A DNA stretch of 64,000 nucleotides, from assembly GCA_963749905.1 (NCBI GenBank), contig CAVVOF010000003.1, positions 908,195 to 972,194 on the forward strand. Reading direction: 5' to 3'. The notes under the pieces were generated by a model. It did no database searches. It saw only the letters and a program-made list of their open reading frames with translations, and was not told where the DNA came from. This document shows, one piece after another, positions 29,606 through 38,927 of the stretch (positions within the stretch are counted from its first letter, which is position 1; each line of letters opens with the position of its first letter). The translations under genes and the position numbers were made by a program. Source of the DNA: an uncultured Actinomycetota bacterium (GTDB taxonomy: Bacteria; Actinomycetota; Actinomycetes; S36-B12).

Positions 29606-30939
29606 CCGCCGCCGTCCGCGTCCCCACGCGTCCACGTGTGGACCTGTTGATCAGCGGCGCCAGATGCGTCCTCGTGTGCGATGACGAGGCGACCACGTTG
29701 AGCGATGCATCCGTCGCGGTGCGGGACGGCCGGATCGTCGATATCGGTCCCAGGGACGAACTCGACCATCGGCTCGAGGCGGGGCGCACCATCGACGCCA
29801 CCGGCCACCTGCTCCTCCCGGGCCTGGTCAACCTGCACACCCACCTGCCGATGACCCTTCTTCGCGGGATTGCCGAGGACGTCGACCTCCAGCGGTTCCT
29901 TGAACTGGTCTGGGCCGAGGAGGCCCGCGTCATGGACCCGGAGGGCACCGAGCTGGGTGCGACGCTGGGCGCGGTCGAAGCGCTGCTCAGCGGGACCACG
30001 ACGGCACTCGACATGTACTTCCATCCGGAGGCCGCGCACCGGGGGGCAGTCACCGCAGGACTGCGTCACGTGACCGGGCCGGTGTTCTTCTCCTTCCGTG
30101 GTCCGGACGGACTCTCATGGAGTCAGCGGATCGAGTTCGCGCGCGCGTGGCCGGACCTACTGGCGAGCATGGGTGGGCCGTACGTGCCGCCCGCGCTGAT
30201 GCCGCATGCGATGTACACGATCGACATCGAACAACTCAGGGACGTTGGCCAGCTGGCGCGGGAGCAGGGCGCCCTGGTGCACACGCACTGTGCCGAGAAC
30301 GATGCGGACGTGACGGAGACGATCGCGGCGCGGGGACACCGTCCGATCGGGTGCTTGGCCGAGGCCGACGTCCTCAGTCTGGGTCCGGTGCTCGCGCACG
30401 GCGTCCACCTCACACCCGATGAACGGGCGGCCGTGGCGCGGGCGGGCGCGAGCATCGCCCACTGCCCCGGTTCGAACCTGAAGCTGGCCAGTGGGGCCGC
30501 CGACATCGTCGGCTACCGCAGGGACGGGATCACGGTCGGTCTCGGCACGGACGGCTGTTCGTCAAGCAACGACCTCGACATGTTCGCGGTGATGCGGCTG
30601 ACTGCCAACCTTGCTCGATTGGTGAGCAACGACCCGGCGGCCATCGCGGCGCAGGACGTCGTGCGGGCTGCCACCCTGGACGGCGCGCGAGCCTTGGGCA
30701 TGGCCGATCGCATCGGCTCAGTGGAGGTGGGGAAGGAGGCCGACCTGATCCTCGTGGACACGCGCGTGCCGCACCTGACACCGCTGCGAGATCCGCACAC
30801 GGCCCTCGTCTACGCCGCCGGACGCGGGGACGTGCGTCATGTAGTCGTCGCGGGCGAGCTTGTGGTCGAGGATCGACAGGCGAAGCGCGTCGACGTGGAC
30901 CAGTTGCTGGAGACCGTCAACGCGCGGGCCAGCAGCTAG
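29602..30939 (+). CDS. mtaD: Amidohydrolase, 5-methylthioadenosine/S-adenosylhomocysteine deaminase-like
   Basis: LPGLVNLHTHLPMTLLRG (HxH), ALVHTHCAENDADV, VLAHGVHLT, GLGTDGCSSSNDLDMF. Confidence 0.8.
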   Translation: MTAAVRVPTRPRVDLLISGARCVLVCDDEATTLSDASVAVRDGRIVDIGPRDELDHRLEAGRTIDATGHLLLPGLVNLHTHLPMTLLRGIAEDVDLQRFLELVWAEEARVMDPEGTELGATLGAVEALLSGTTTALDMYFHPEAAHRGAVTAGLRHVTGPVFFSFRGPDGLSWSQRIEFARAWPDLLASMGGPYVPPALMPHAMYTIDIEQLRDVGQLAREQGALVHTHCAENDADVTETIAARGHRPIGCLAEADVLSLGPVLAHGVHLTPDERAAVARAGASIAHCPGSNLKLASGAADIVGYRRDGITVGLGTDGCSSSNDLDMFAVMRLTANLARLVSNDPAAIAAQDVVRAATLDGARALGMADRIGSVEVGKEADLILVDTRVPHLTPLRDPHTALVYAAGRGDVRHVVVAGELVVEDRQAKRVDVDQLLETVNARASS

Positions 30940-30962
30940 CCTGCACCGCACTCACGTACCGC

Positions 30963-31619
30963 TCAGATTCCGAGCATCGCGCGAAGCTCCGGGACGGTGT
31001 CGACGAGGTGAGTCGCCTCCGCCGTCTCGAGTTCGCGCGGCTCGGCATAGCCCCACGTCACGCCGATGGCGGTGAAGCCGTGGTGACGCGCGCCGAGGAT
31101 GTCCTCCTTGCGGTCGCCGACGACCACCGCGTCGACGTCCCCGACGGAACGGCCGATCAGTTCGATCCCGTGCGTGATGATCGACGGCTTGTCCTGGCGC
31201 ATCAGGTCGAGTTCCGTGCCACTGACGGCATCGAAGTACTGCAGCAGGTCGGCGCGCGTCAGCACGCGTTCCGCCGACTCGATCGGCTTCGCGGTCGCGA
31301 GCACGAGGGCCGAGTCGCTCGCTGAGATGTCGGCTATCAGTTCGCCCATGCCTGGAAACACGGTGAACTCGTACTCGCCGCCGCCGAAGTAGTGCGCGCG
31401 GTACTCGGCGACGAAGGCGTCGAGCTCGGCCTCCGACCGGCCGTACCGAGTGAGGAGGGTGTGTCGCAACGGTGGCCCGAGCCATGTCTGCAGCTCGTCG
31501 TCGGTGAGGTCCGCCATGTCCAGGACCGGCAGGGCGAGTCGGAGGCAGCGCAGGATCCCGGGGATGGAGTCAGTGATGGTGCCGTCGAGGTCGAGAAGGA
31601 TGACGTCTGGACGAGGCAC
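30963..31619 (-). CDS. HAD-IA family hydrolase (phosphoglycolate phosphatase-like)
   Basis: GTG 31619. VPRPDVILLDLDGTITDS (motif I), LATAKP, VVGDRKEDILGA (motif IV). Confidence 0.8.
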   Translation of the reverse strand: MPRPDVILLDLDGTITDSIPGILRCLRLALPVLDMADLTDDELQTWLGPPLRHTLLTRYGRSEAELDAFVAEYRAHYFGGGEYEFTVFPGMGELIADISASDSALVLATAKPIESAERVLTRADLLQYFDAVSGTELDLMRQDKPSIITHGIELIGRSVGDVDAVVVGDRKEDILGARHHGFTAIGVTWGYAEPRELETAEATHLVDTVPELRAMLGI

Positions 31620-31655
31620 CTGCCGATCCTCGCAGGTAGTGCCTACGCTGCCTCT

Positions 31656-32009
31656 GTGACCCTGCGCGCTCGGCAACCGGAGGCACTCGACCTCCTCGAC
31701 GCGACGGTGTCGCGCGCGGAGCAGGTCGTGGACCCGCGCCTGCTCGCGATGGCTCGCGCGTGCGTGGAGTGCCACGTCGCCGACGGGCCGCAGCCGCCGG
31801 AGCCCGTCGACGAGGCCGAGGCCGAGGTGCGCGCGGTGATCGAGCAGATGCTCATCGACGTGTCCCGACTGGACGACGCGACGGTGCAGCGGGCAGCCTC
31901 GCGGCTGCCAGAGGGCGCGCTGGCCGACCTCGTCATGGCCAGCTACGCGATCGAGGCCCGGACCCGACTGCGGGTGGCGTCGGATCGACTTCTCGGGGGC
32001 CTCGGATGA
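31656..32009 (+). CDS. Hypothetical protein, possibly AhpD/CMD-like partner
   Basis: First in-frame start (GTG) after the divergent HAD start. 117 aa. 4-nt overlap with the downstream CMD gene. No motif I can name. Confidence 0.4.
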   Translation: MTLRARQPEALDLLDATVSRAEQVVDPRLLAMARACVECHVADGPQPPEPVDEAEAEVRAVIEQMLIDVSRLDDATVQRAASRLPEGALADLVMASYAIEARTRLRVASDRLLGGLG

Positions 32010-32563
32010 CGCGGTCGGTGCGCGTCGCGGTCGGCGCGGATCGCCGACCGGTCGGCCGTGACATGAGGCTGGTGCGGTCGCTCGCCGCCTATCAGGAATC
32101 CGTGGTCCGATCCGGCCACCTCGATCCGACGACGACGGAGCTCGTCCGGCTGCGCTGCGCTCGGCAGCACGACTGCCGGATCTGCCAGACCCTGCGGCTC
32201 GCGGATGCGGTGCTCGCGGGTGTCGACGACTCCGTCACGAGCGCGATCGACGCCTACGAGACGAGCGACCTGCCCGAGCGGCACAAGGTCGCGCTGCGAT
32301 TGGTCGACGCGATGATCTGGAAGCCGACTTCCATCGATGACCGGCTTGCGGCCGATCTGCACCGGCACTTCACCGATGACGAGATCGCGGAGCTGCTCGT
32401 CGACGTCACCAAGTGGAGTACGCAGAAGATCCACGTCGCCCTGGGCACCGATGGCGCGGAGCACCTGCCGAAGGACGCGGCCGGACGGACGTACCTGTCC
32501 TTCGCCGGTGACGGCAGCGTGGCATCCATGTCCGCGTCACGGCCGGAGCAACCGAGCAGCTAG
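32006..32563 (+). CDS. Carboxymuconolactone decarboxylase (AhpD-like) family protein
   Basis: ELVRLRCARQHDCRICQTLR (CxxC), PERHKVALRLVDAMIWKP, FTDDEIAELLVDVT. Confidence 0.7.
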   Translation: MTRSVRVAVGADRRPVGRDMRLVRSLAAYQESVVRSGHLDPTTTELVRLRCARQHDCRICQTLRLADAVLAGVDDSVTSAIDAYETSDLPERHKVALRLVDAMIWKPTSIDDRLAADLHRHFTDDEIAELLVDVTKWSTQKIHVALGTDGAEHLPKDAAGRTYLSFAGDGSVASMSASRPEQPSS

Positions 32564-33841
32564 TACGGGGGTGGGTCGACGTCGTATTCGCGGCCGTGGG
32601 GGGAGCGCCAGGCGACGTAGCCGTCGTCGGCGGTCTGGGTGATGTCCCAGCCTCCGTGGGTCTTCAGCTGGTGGTGTCTGCGGCACAGGGGGGCGAGGTT
32701 GTCGCGGTCGGTGCGGCCGCCGTCGTCCCACGGGTGGGCGTGGTCGATGTCGCAGCGGGCGGCGCGGCGGGGGCAGCCGGGGAACCGGCAGGTCCCGTCG
32801 CGGGCCACCAGGAACCCGCGCAGGGCGCCGGTGACCTGGTAGCGGCGCCGGCCGCGGTCGAGCAGTCGGCCGGTGAATGGCTCGGTGACGAGGCGGCGCA
32901 GGTGGGTGGGGACGCTCGGGTCGGCGATCAGCTCGCGCACGGCCTGCGCGGTGACCGGCGGGTCGCCGGCGGCGGCCTGCGCAGGGTGCCGGGGCGGTCG
33001 TCGAGGCCGAGCAGGGTGGCCAGGTCGACGACCACCTGGATCTCCACGCCCACACCGTCGCCCCCACCGCCCGCCTCTGCGCCGCAGACGGCGTCGACCA
33101 GGGCGCGTGCCCGCCGCTGGCCGAGGGGGGTGGCCGGGCCGGTCGCGTGTTCGTGGCCGGGCGTCTGGTCGTGGGCGCGGGCGTCGAGGACGGCGTGCAG
33201 GCGGGCGGCGTCGGCCATCGGCAGCCGGGCGAACAGCACGCCCAGGCCGTCGTCCTCCGCATACACCCGCACGTCGACCATCGCGCGGGCCGCGGCACGC
33301 CTGCGCTCCTGCCCGGCCCGGTCCAAGTCGGCCACGACGCGCCGCGCCGCGGCGGTGGTCTGCCCGACGGTGGACCGGGTCGCCGCGGGCAGCACCTTGT
33401 CCTGCAGGACCCGGCACGCGTGCGCGAACGCGACCCGGTCCTCGGCGTCGGCCGGCGTGTCCGTCTCGGGCCGGCCATGGAGCGTCGAGTGCGGCGGTCG
33501 ACAGCCGGCGGGCCTGCTCGGCGATCGCCCGGGCGTGCCCCAGAGTGAGCTGGCCGTCGGCCAGCGCCTCACGGGTCGCGCGCAGCGGACCGGCGAGCAG
33601 CCGGGCCAGCACGATGTGGTCGTGCACCGCGCCCGGGGAACGGTGCACGGCGGCCGCGATCTCCTCGCGGACCTCGTCCTCGATCGTCACCGCACCCGAC
33701 GCGACCGGAACCTGGTGGACCTGCACGTGGGCGCCGGCGATCCGCACCAGCAGGTCGAGCTCCCGCGCATCCAACAGCCGCACGCTCCGACTGGAGCCCG
33801 ACCAGCTCCTCCACGAGCCCCGCGAGACCGGTTACCGACAT
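32560..33841 (-). pseudogene. DUF222 + HNH endonuclease gene (13E12-type), disrupted by about three frame changes
   Basis: N-terminal MSVTGLAGLVEELVGLQSE (frame 1). RLLDARELDLLVRIAGAH...LGHARAIAEQARRL (frame 2). ADAEDRVAFAHACRVLQ...VVVDLATLLGLDDRPG (frame 3). RELIADP...CRFPGCPRRAARCDIDHAHPWDDGGRTDRDNLAPLCRRHHQLKTHGGW (frame 2). Confidence 0.75.
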
Positions 33842-33936
33842 GCCCCGAAACTACCCCGGGGGTCTGACACCCGGAATCGCCAAACATGCTGCCCCGCAAC
33901 GAGAAATCGCCGGGGACGACTGTCGGCGGATGCGGC

Positions 33937-34338
33937 CTAGGCAGCCTTGAGGCGGAGCTTCCCATCCGGGGAGTACAGCTTCAGGACCGTGTCGGTGGCG
34001 CGGTAGCTGGTGGACTCCTGCACGGCCTTCAGGAACGCCTGCTCGCCGTCCATCCGACCGTCGCAGTACTTCAGTGTGGACGCGAGCGGGCCGATCTCGA
34101 TCGAGTCCGCCTTCACTCGGTAGCTGCCCGTGAAGTTGTTGCACCCGGCGTTGCCGTACACGCGTCCCTTCTTGTCGAACGTGACGGTCTGCTTGAACCC
34201 TTCCGCGCGGGTCTTCCAGTCTCCGATGACGCTTCCGTTCGGCGCGGGCGAGTCACCAGCGAGGGCCGGTGTCGCGGGCCCCAGGGCGAGGGCAAGGGCC
34301 AACGGCGTGAGCAGCAGGGCCCGGCGTGCGTGATTCAT
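33937..34338 (-). CDS. Secreted META (HslJ-like) domain protein
   Basis: ATG 34338 after GGGAG. Signal MNHARRALLLTPLALALALGPATPALAG. GNAGCNNFTGSYRV...GPLASTLKYCDGRMDGEQAFLKAV. Confidence 0.7.
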   Translation of the reverse strand: MNHARRALLLTPLALALALGPATPALAGDSPAPNGSVIGDWKTRAEGFKQTVTFDKKGRVYGNAGCNNFTGSYRVKADSIEIGPLASTLKYCDGRMDGEQAFLKAVQESTSYRATDTVLKLYSPDGKLRLKAA

Positions 34339-34508
34339 CGTGCGACTCCCTTGTGGCGGCAGGTGGTTGGACACACCGTATGGGACGCAGCGGGAGCCGT
34401 TCCGGTTCTGCGGTGAACGCGTCGGTTGCCGGCTCCATGGGCGCCAGTCGCCTAGCATGGGCCGGACCCCCATGAGTGACGACGCACGGCTGACGGTGAG
34501 GCGGTGGC

Positions 34509-35342
34509 ATGGACGACGGTCTCGGCGTCACGGTCGACGACATGATCGCGCTGTCCACCCGGGCAGGCGACGTCCTGCTGGAAGTGGACGCCGATGGGGT
34601 GTGCACCAGAGCCTCCGATGAGACCATCCGGATCGGCGTGCCGGCGGTCGACGTGTTCGCCGCCGAGGACGCGGGCGTCATCGCTGGGCTGCTGGCGCAC
34701 GGAACGGCGGGCCCGGCATGGGTGCGCCTGCGCGGGCGTGATGAGGGCGGCACGTGGATGTCCGCCGTGGCCACGTCGCGCGCGGCGGGTGGCTGGCTCG
34801 TGCTGGCCAGGGCGTCGCGCCAGCTCGACCCCACCGCGCGAGCATCGTCTCCGCAGGGCCAGGACCGCGTCACCGCCGACCGTGAGCAGGTCCTGAACGA
34901 GGTGGCCTGGCTGCTGTCGGCGACGCCACGCACCGGCAAGGAGATCGCCGTCGCGAGCTGCGACCTGGACGACCTCGACTTCGTCAACGAGGAGTACGGG
35001 CGTGAGGTCGGGGACGAGGTGATCCGCATCGTCACGGGCAGGATCTCCGACGCCCTGCGTTCCGGCGACCTGGTGGCGCGACTCGAGGACGACCAGCTGC
35101 TCGTCGTCCTGCGGGGCGTCCACCACCTCCGCGGTGCCATCCGCGTCGCCAACAAGATCCGGGTGGCCGTGGAGGACCCCATCTCCCTGCCGGTCGGGGA
35201 GATCGTGCAGACCATCAGTGTGGGAGTGACCCTCATCAGCCGCGGTGAGAGCGTCGACTCGGTGCTCGAGCGCGCCGAGGGCGCCATGGCGATGGCCAAG
35301 GACGCCGGCTGCAACACGGTCATGTCCAGTCCGCCCATCTGA
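34509..35342 (+). CDS. Sensor-like N-domain + degenerate GGDEF domain protein
   Basis: DLDDLDFVNEEYGREVGDEV...RSGDLVARLEDDQLLVVL. RxxD is retained and GG(D/E)EF is replaced by EDDQL. Confidence 0.75.
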   Translation: MDDGLGVTVDDMIALSTRAGDVLLEVDADGVCTRASDETIRIGVPAVDVFAAEDAGVIAGLLAHGTAGPAWVRLRGRDEGGTWMSAVATSRAAGGWLVLARASRQLDPTARASSPQGQDRVTADREQVLNEVAWLLSATPRTGKEIAVASCDLDDLDFVNEEYGREVGDEVIRIVTGRISDALRSGDLVARLEDDQLLVVLRGVHHLRGAIRVANKIRVAVEDPISLPVGEIVQTISVGVTLISRGESVDSVLERAEGAMAMAKDAGCNTVMSSPPI

Positions 35343-35343
35343 G

Positions 35344-36207
35344 ATGTCGCAAACCGGAGTGCCGGGCACTCGCGCCGGTGTCAGGGTTCCGTCCATGTCC
35401 ACACCATCCACTCGGGTCTCCCGCGCCTGCACGGCGATGCAGGATGCCGGCGGCCCGCTGCCCGTCGGCGACCTAGCCTTGAGCGTTCAGTGCAGCCCCC
35501 GGCAGCTCCAGCGCGACTTCGTCGAGGTGCTGGGGATCAGTCCGCGACAGTACGGGCAGGCCGTGCGGTCGGAGCGCACCCGCACGGCCCTGCGATCGGC
35601 AGACTCGGTGCTCGATGCTGCCTTCGCGGCCGGCTACGGGTCGGTCCGGGCGTTCTACGAGGAGGCGGCCCGTCGTCTCGGCATGACGCCGTCGGAGTAC
35701 GCGGCGGGCGCGCGGGCGCAGGTGCTGCTGTGGTCCGCCCGTCGCACATCGATCGGCGATGTGGTCGCCGTGGCCACGCCCAGGGGACTGGCCGCGGTGC
35801 GGATCGGCGTCGCAGATGAACTCGCCGAGGAACTGCGCGATGAGTTCCCGCACGCGTCGCTCGAGCGGGATGACGATGCCATGTCGGACGTCATGGACGC
35901 CCTCGAGGCACTCGCCCTCGGTCGGGCCGCGCCCGCACTGCCCATCGACGTTCAGGGCACCGCCTTCCAGGCTCGCGTGTGGAGCGCGCTTCGGGACATC
36001 CCAGCCGGGCAGACGCGCACCTACACCGAGGTGGCCGAGTCGATCGGCAGTCCGTCGTCGGTGCGGGCGGTGGCCCGCGCCTGCGCGACGAACAAGGTGG
36101 CCCTGGCGGTGCCCTGCCATCGAGTGGTGCGCGCTGACGGCGATCTGGCCGGGTACCGCTGGGGACTCGCGGTGAAACGCAGCCTGCTGCAGGCCGAGGG
36201 AGCGTGA
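35344..36207 (+). CDS. AraC-type HTH fused to methylated-DNA-protein-cysteine methyltransferase (Ada/Ogt-like)
   Basis: HTH SPRQLQRDFVEVLGISPRQY...GYGSVRAFYEEAARRLGMTPSEY. MGMT GTAFQARVWSALRDIPAGQTRTYTEVA...VPCHRVVRADG. Start is 35344 or 35395. Confidence 0.85.
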   Translation: MSQTGVPGTRAGVRVPSMSTPSTRVSRACTAMQDAGGPLPVGDLALSVQCSPRQLQRDFVEVLGISPRQYGQAVRSERTRTALRSADSVLDAAFAAGYGSVRAFYEEAARRLGMTPSEYAAGARAQVLLWSARRTSIGDVVAVATPRGLAAVRIGVADELAEELRDEFPHASLERDDDAMSDVMDALEALALGRAAPALPIDVQGTAFQARVWSALRDIPAGQTRTYTEVAESIGSPSSVRAVARACATNKVALAVPCHRVVRADGDLAGYRWGLAVKRSLLQAEGA

Positions 36208-37109
36208 CCGCACCCGCGCGCAGATGGCTGCCCGCCTACCTGGTGCTGGCCCTGATCTGGGGCAACTCGTTCATGTTCATCAAGATCGGGCTCGAGTCCC
36301 TGACACCCGCGGGTGTCGTGCTCTCCCGGCTCGCCCTTGGTGCCGTGACCATGCTCATCATCAGCGCGATCGCCAGGTCGCCGTTGCCGCCGCGTCGGTT
36401 GTGGGGCCGCATCTTCGTGGCCGCCGTGCTCATGACGAGTGGCGGCTGGGTGCTCTTCGCCTTCGCTGAGCAGTACATCTCGTCGGCGCTCGCGGGCATC
36501 ATCAATGGGGCGACGCCGCTCATGACCCTGGTGGTCGTGATGATGGCGTTCCCCGAGGAGCGGCCGACCCGGGAGCGGATCGTCGGGCTGATCATCGGCT
36601 TCGCGGGCATCCTCGTCGTCATCGGCATCTGGCAGGGCATGGGGGCCGCGACCCTGCTTGGCATCGGGGCTGGCGTGCTCGCGGTCATCGGCTACGGAAT
36701 CTCGTACCCGTACGTGCGCCGCCATCTGGCGACCGGCGAGGAGCGGATGGGCTCGCTGACGTTCGCCACCGGGCTGATGATCATGGGCACCCTGCAGATC
36801 GCCCCGCTGGCCGTCGTCACCGGCTATGCGCACGCACCCATCTCGTCTGCTGTGGTGCTGTCGATGCTCGCGCTCGGCATCCTCGGTAGCGGCATCGCAT
36901 ACGTGCTCAACTACATGGTCATCCATCGCTCCGATGCGACGACGGCGAGCACGGTGACCTACGTGATCACGGTGGTGGCAGTGATCTCCGGCGCGGTGTT
37001 CCTCGGTGAGGACCTGTCGTGGAACCAGCCGGTGGGCGCAGCGATGGTCATCCTGGGCGCGGCGACCGCTCAGGGGCTGCTCCGGCTGCCTCGTGTGGCC
37101 GGTCCCTAG
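36204..37109 (+). CDS. DMT superfamily (EamA) transporter
   Basis: About ten hydrophobic segments. LALIWGNSFMFIKIGLESLTP. 4-nt overlap with the upstream gene. Confidence 0.85.
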   Translation: MTAPARRWLPAYLVLALIWGNSFMFIKIGLESLTPAGVVLSRLALGAVTMLIISAIARSPLPPRRLWGRIFVAAVLMTSGGWVLFAFAEQYISSALAGIINGATPLMTLVVVMMAFPEERPTRERIVGLIIGFAGILVVIGIWQGMGAATLLGIGAGVLAVIGYGISYPYVRRHLATGEERMGSLTFATGLMIMGTLQIAPLAVVTGYAHAPISSAVVLSMLALGILGSGIAYVLNYMVIHRSDATTASTVTYVITVVAVISGAVFLGEDLSWNQPVGAAMVILGAATAQGLLRLPRVAGP

Positions 37110-37133
37110 GCCATCGGGGAGAATGGGTCGGCC

Positions 37134-38402
37134 ATGACGAACCTCCCCGTTCTCGAGACCGACGTCCTCGTCGTCGGCGCCGGCCCGGCCGGATCCTCGG
37201 CGGCGGCGTGGGCGGCCCGATCGGGCCTCGACGTACTGCTGGTGGATGCGGAGACGTTCCCTCGCGACAAGCCGTGCGGCGATGGGCTGACCCCGCGTGC
37301 GATCGCGGAGATGGACAAGCTGGGCATGGCGGGGTGGCTGGACGGACGGGCGCGCAACTGGGGCCTCCGCGCGGCCGGTTTCGGCCAGGAGCTGTATCTG
37401 CCCTGGCCCGGTGGCTCCTTGCCTCGGTTCGGTGGAGCCGCGCCTCGCCTCGAGCTCGACGCGGCGATTCGACAGGTGGCGCTCGACGCGGGCGTCCGGT
37501 CGGTCGAGGGCTATCGGGCCGTCGACGTGCGCCTCGAGGGGTCGCAGGTCGCGGGTGTGACCTTCACGGTCGGCGACGGCCGCGATGCGGAGCGCCGCGA
37601 GATCCGCTGCCGGCGCCTCGTCGTGGCGGATGGCGCTCGCTCTCAACTCGGTCGCCGGCTGGGGCGACGGTGGCACCGGAGCACCGCCTACGGCGTGGCC
37701 GCGCGCGCCTACATCAAGTCCCATCGCAGTGACGACCCGTGGATCTCGTCGCACCTCGAGCTTCGCGGCACTGAGAACGAGCTGCTGTCCGGCTACGGCT
37801 GGGTTTTCCCGCTCGGCGACGGCGAGGTGAACGTCGGCGTGGGCACGTTGGCCACCGAGCGACGTCCGGCGGACGTGAACCTGCGGGGGTTGCTCGCCCA
37901 CTACGCCGAGGGCCAGCGCGAGACGTGGCAGTTCGAGGGCGATGTCCGGGCGCCGTGGTCCGCGCTCCTGCCCATGGGCGGCGCCGTGAGTGGAGTAGCG
38001 GGGGCAAACTGGCTGCTCGTCGGCGATGCCGCCGGCTGCGTCAACCCGCTGAACGGTGAGGGCATCGACTACGGACTGGAGACCGGCCGACTGGCCGCCG
38101 AGCTGCTGGCCGACACCGTGCCCAACGACTCGTTGGACTACACCCGTCAGTGGGCGCCGATCCTGCGGGACCGCTACGGGACGGCGTTCTCGATCGCCCG
38201 ACGGCTCGCAGGACTCCTGACCGTGCCGGGGCTGCTGCCGGCGTTGGGCCCGTGGGGGATGCGCTCGCGGTCCCTGATGACTGTGGCGCTGAGGGTGATG
38301 GGCAATCTGGTCACCCCGGAGGACGCCGACACCGTGGCTCGCCTGTGGCGGGTCTCCGGGCGGATGAGCATCCGGCTCGACGACCGCCCCCCGTTCACGT
38401 AG
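37134..38402 (+). CDS. Geranylgeranyl reductase family FAD-dependent oxidoreductase
   Basis: DVLVVGAGPAGSSAA, DKPCGDGLTPRA, GYGWVFPLGDGEVNVGVG, LVGDAAGCVNPLNGEGIDYG. Confidence 0.85.
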   Translation: MTNLPVLETDVLVVGAGPAGSSAAAWAARSGLDVLLVDAETFPRDKPCGDGLTPRAIAEMDKLGMAGWLDGRARNWGLRAAGFGQELYLPWPGGSLPRFGGAAPRLELDAAIRQVALDAGVRSVEGYRAVDVRLEGSQVAGVTFTVGDGRDAERREIRCRRLVVADGARSQLGRRLGRRWHRSTAYGVAARAYIKSHRSDDPWISSHLELRGTENELLSGYGWVFPLGDGEVNVGVGTLATERRPADVNLRGLLAHYAEGQRETWQFEGDVRAPWSALLPMGGAVSGVAGANWLLVGDAAGCVNPLNGEGIDYGLETGRLAAELLADTVPNDSLDYTRQWAPILRDRYGTAFSIARRLAGLLTVPGLLPALGPWGMRSRSLMTVALRVMGNLVTPEDADTVARLWRVSGRMSIRLDDRPPFT

Positions 38403-38483
38403 TCGGGCCGGTCAGGCCGGCCGATCAGGCCGAGGGGCCCTTCGGCCCGAGCCTCCCGCACCGCGCCCATCGCCTCGTCGAGC

Positions 38484-38927
38484 TCATGCCAGCCAGTCAC
38501 CCTCGTGCTGGGCCACCAGCCGGACACACCAGGCAAGGGCGTCCGAGCGAGACCGCGCGACGCCGGCCTCGACGAGGGTGTCGAGCACCCGGCGCTGAGG
38601 CTGCTGCAGCCGGGTCATGACGGGGACGGAGATCCGCGCGAACAGCTGCTCCGTGTCCCCGCAGCGCACTCCCCAGGCGACCTTGCGCCCGGTCGTGGCC
38701 TCGAGTTCGCGGGCGATCTCGATCCGGGTCGCCCGGGTCTCTTCGCGGAAGCGGGTGATGCGCCCGCTCTCGGCGTCCGGGCTGGGGTGGTCTGTAGGCG
38801 CGGAGATGCGGCCGAGAACGGTGATCTCCTCGCGGTCGATCACTACCTCGACGTCAGTGAACCAATCTGCAGGCAGCCGACCGTCGAGCCAGTCGCCGAC
38901 GGAGAATGTCTTTTGTTGTGTAGTCAT
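38484..38927 (-). CDS. Hypothetical protein with C-terminal ribbon-helix-helix-like segment
   Basis: ATG 38927 is in frame within the 38484..39284 ORF. MTTQQKTFSVGDWLDGRL.... C-terminal VPVMTRLQQPQRRVLDTLVEAGVARSRSDALAWCVRLV looks RHH/CopG-like (weak). Confidence 0.5.
   Translation of the reverse strand: MTTQQKTFSVGDWLDGRLPADWFTDVEVVIDREEITVLGRISAPTDHPSPDAESGRITRFREETRATRIEIARELEATTGRKVAWGVRCGDTEQLFARISVPVMTRLQQPQRRVLDTLVEAGVARSRSDALAWCVRLVAQHEGDWLA

Noticed and set aside
35344-36207. An Ada-type adaptive-response regulator lacking the N-terminal Cys4 methyl-phosphotriester sensor domain, considered as a novelty.
   Set aside because: As far as I recall, AraC-HTH/MGMT fusions without the Zn domain are common. 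This is not unusual enough to report as a finding.
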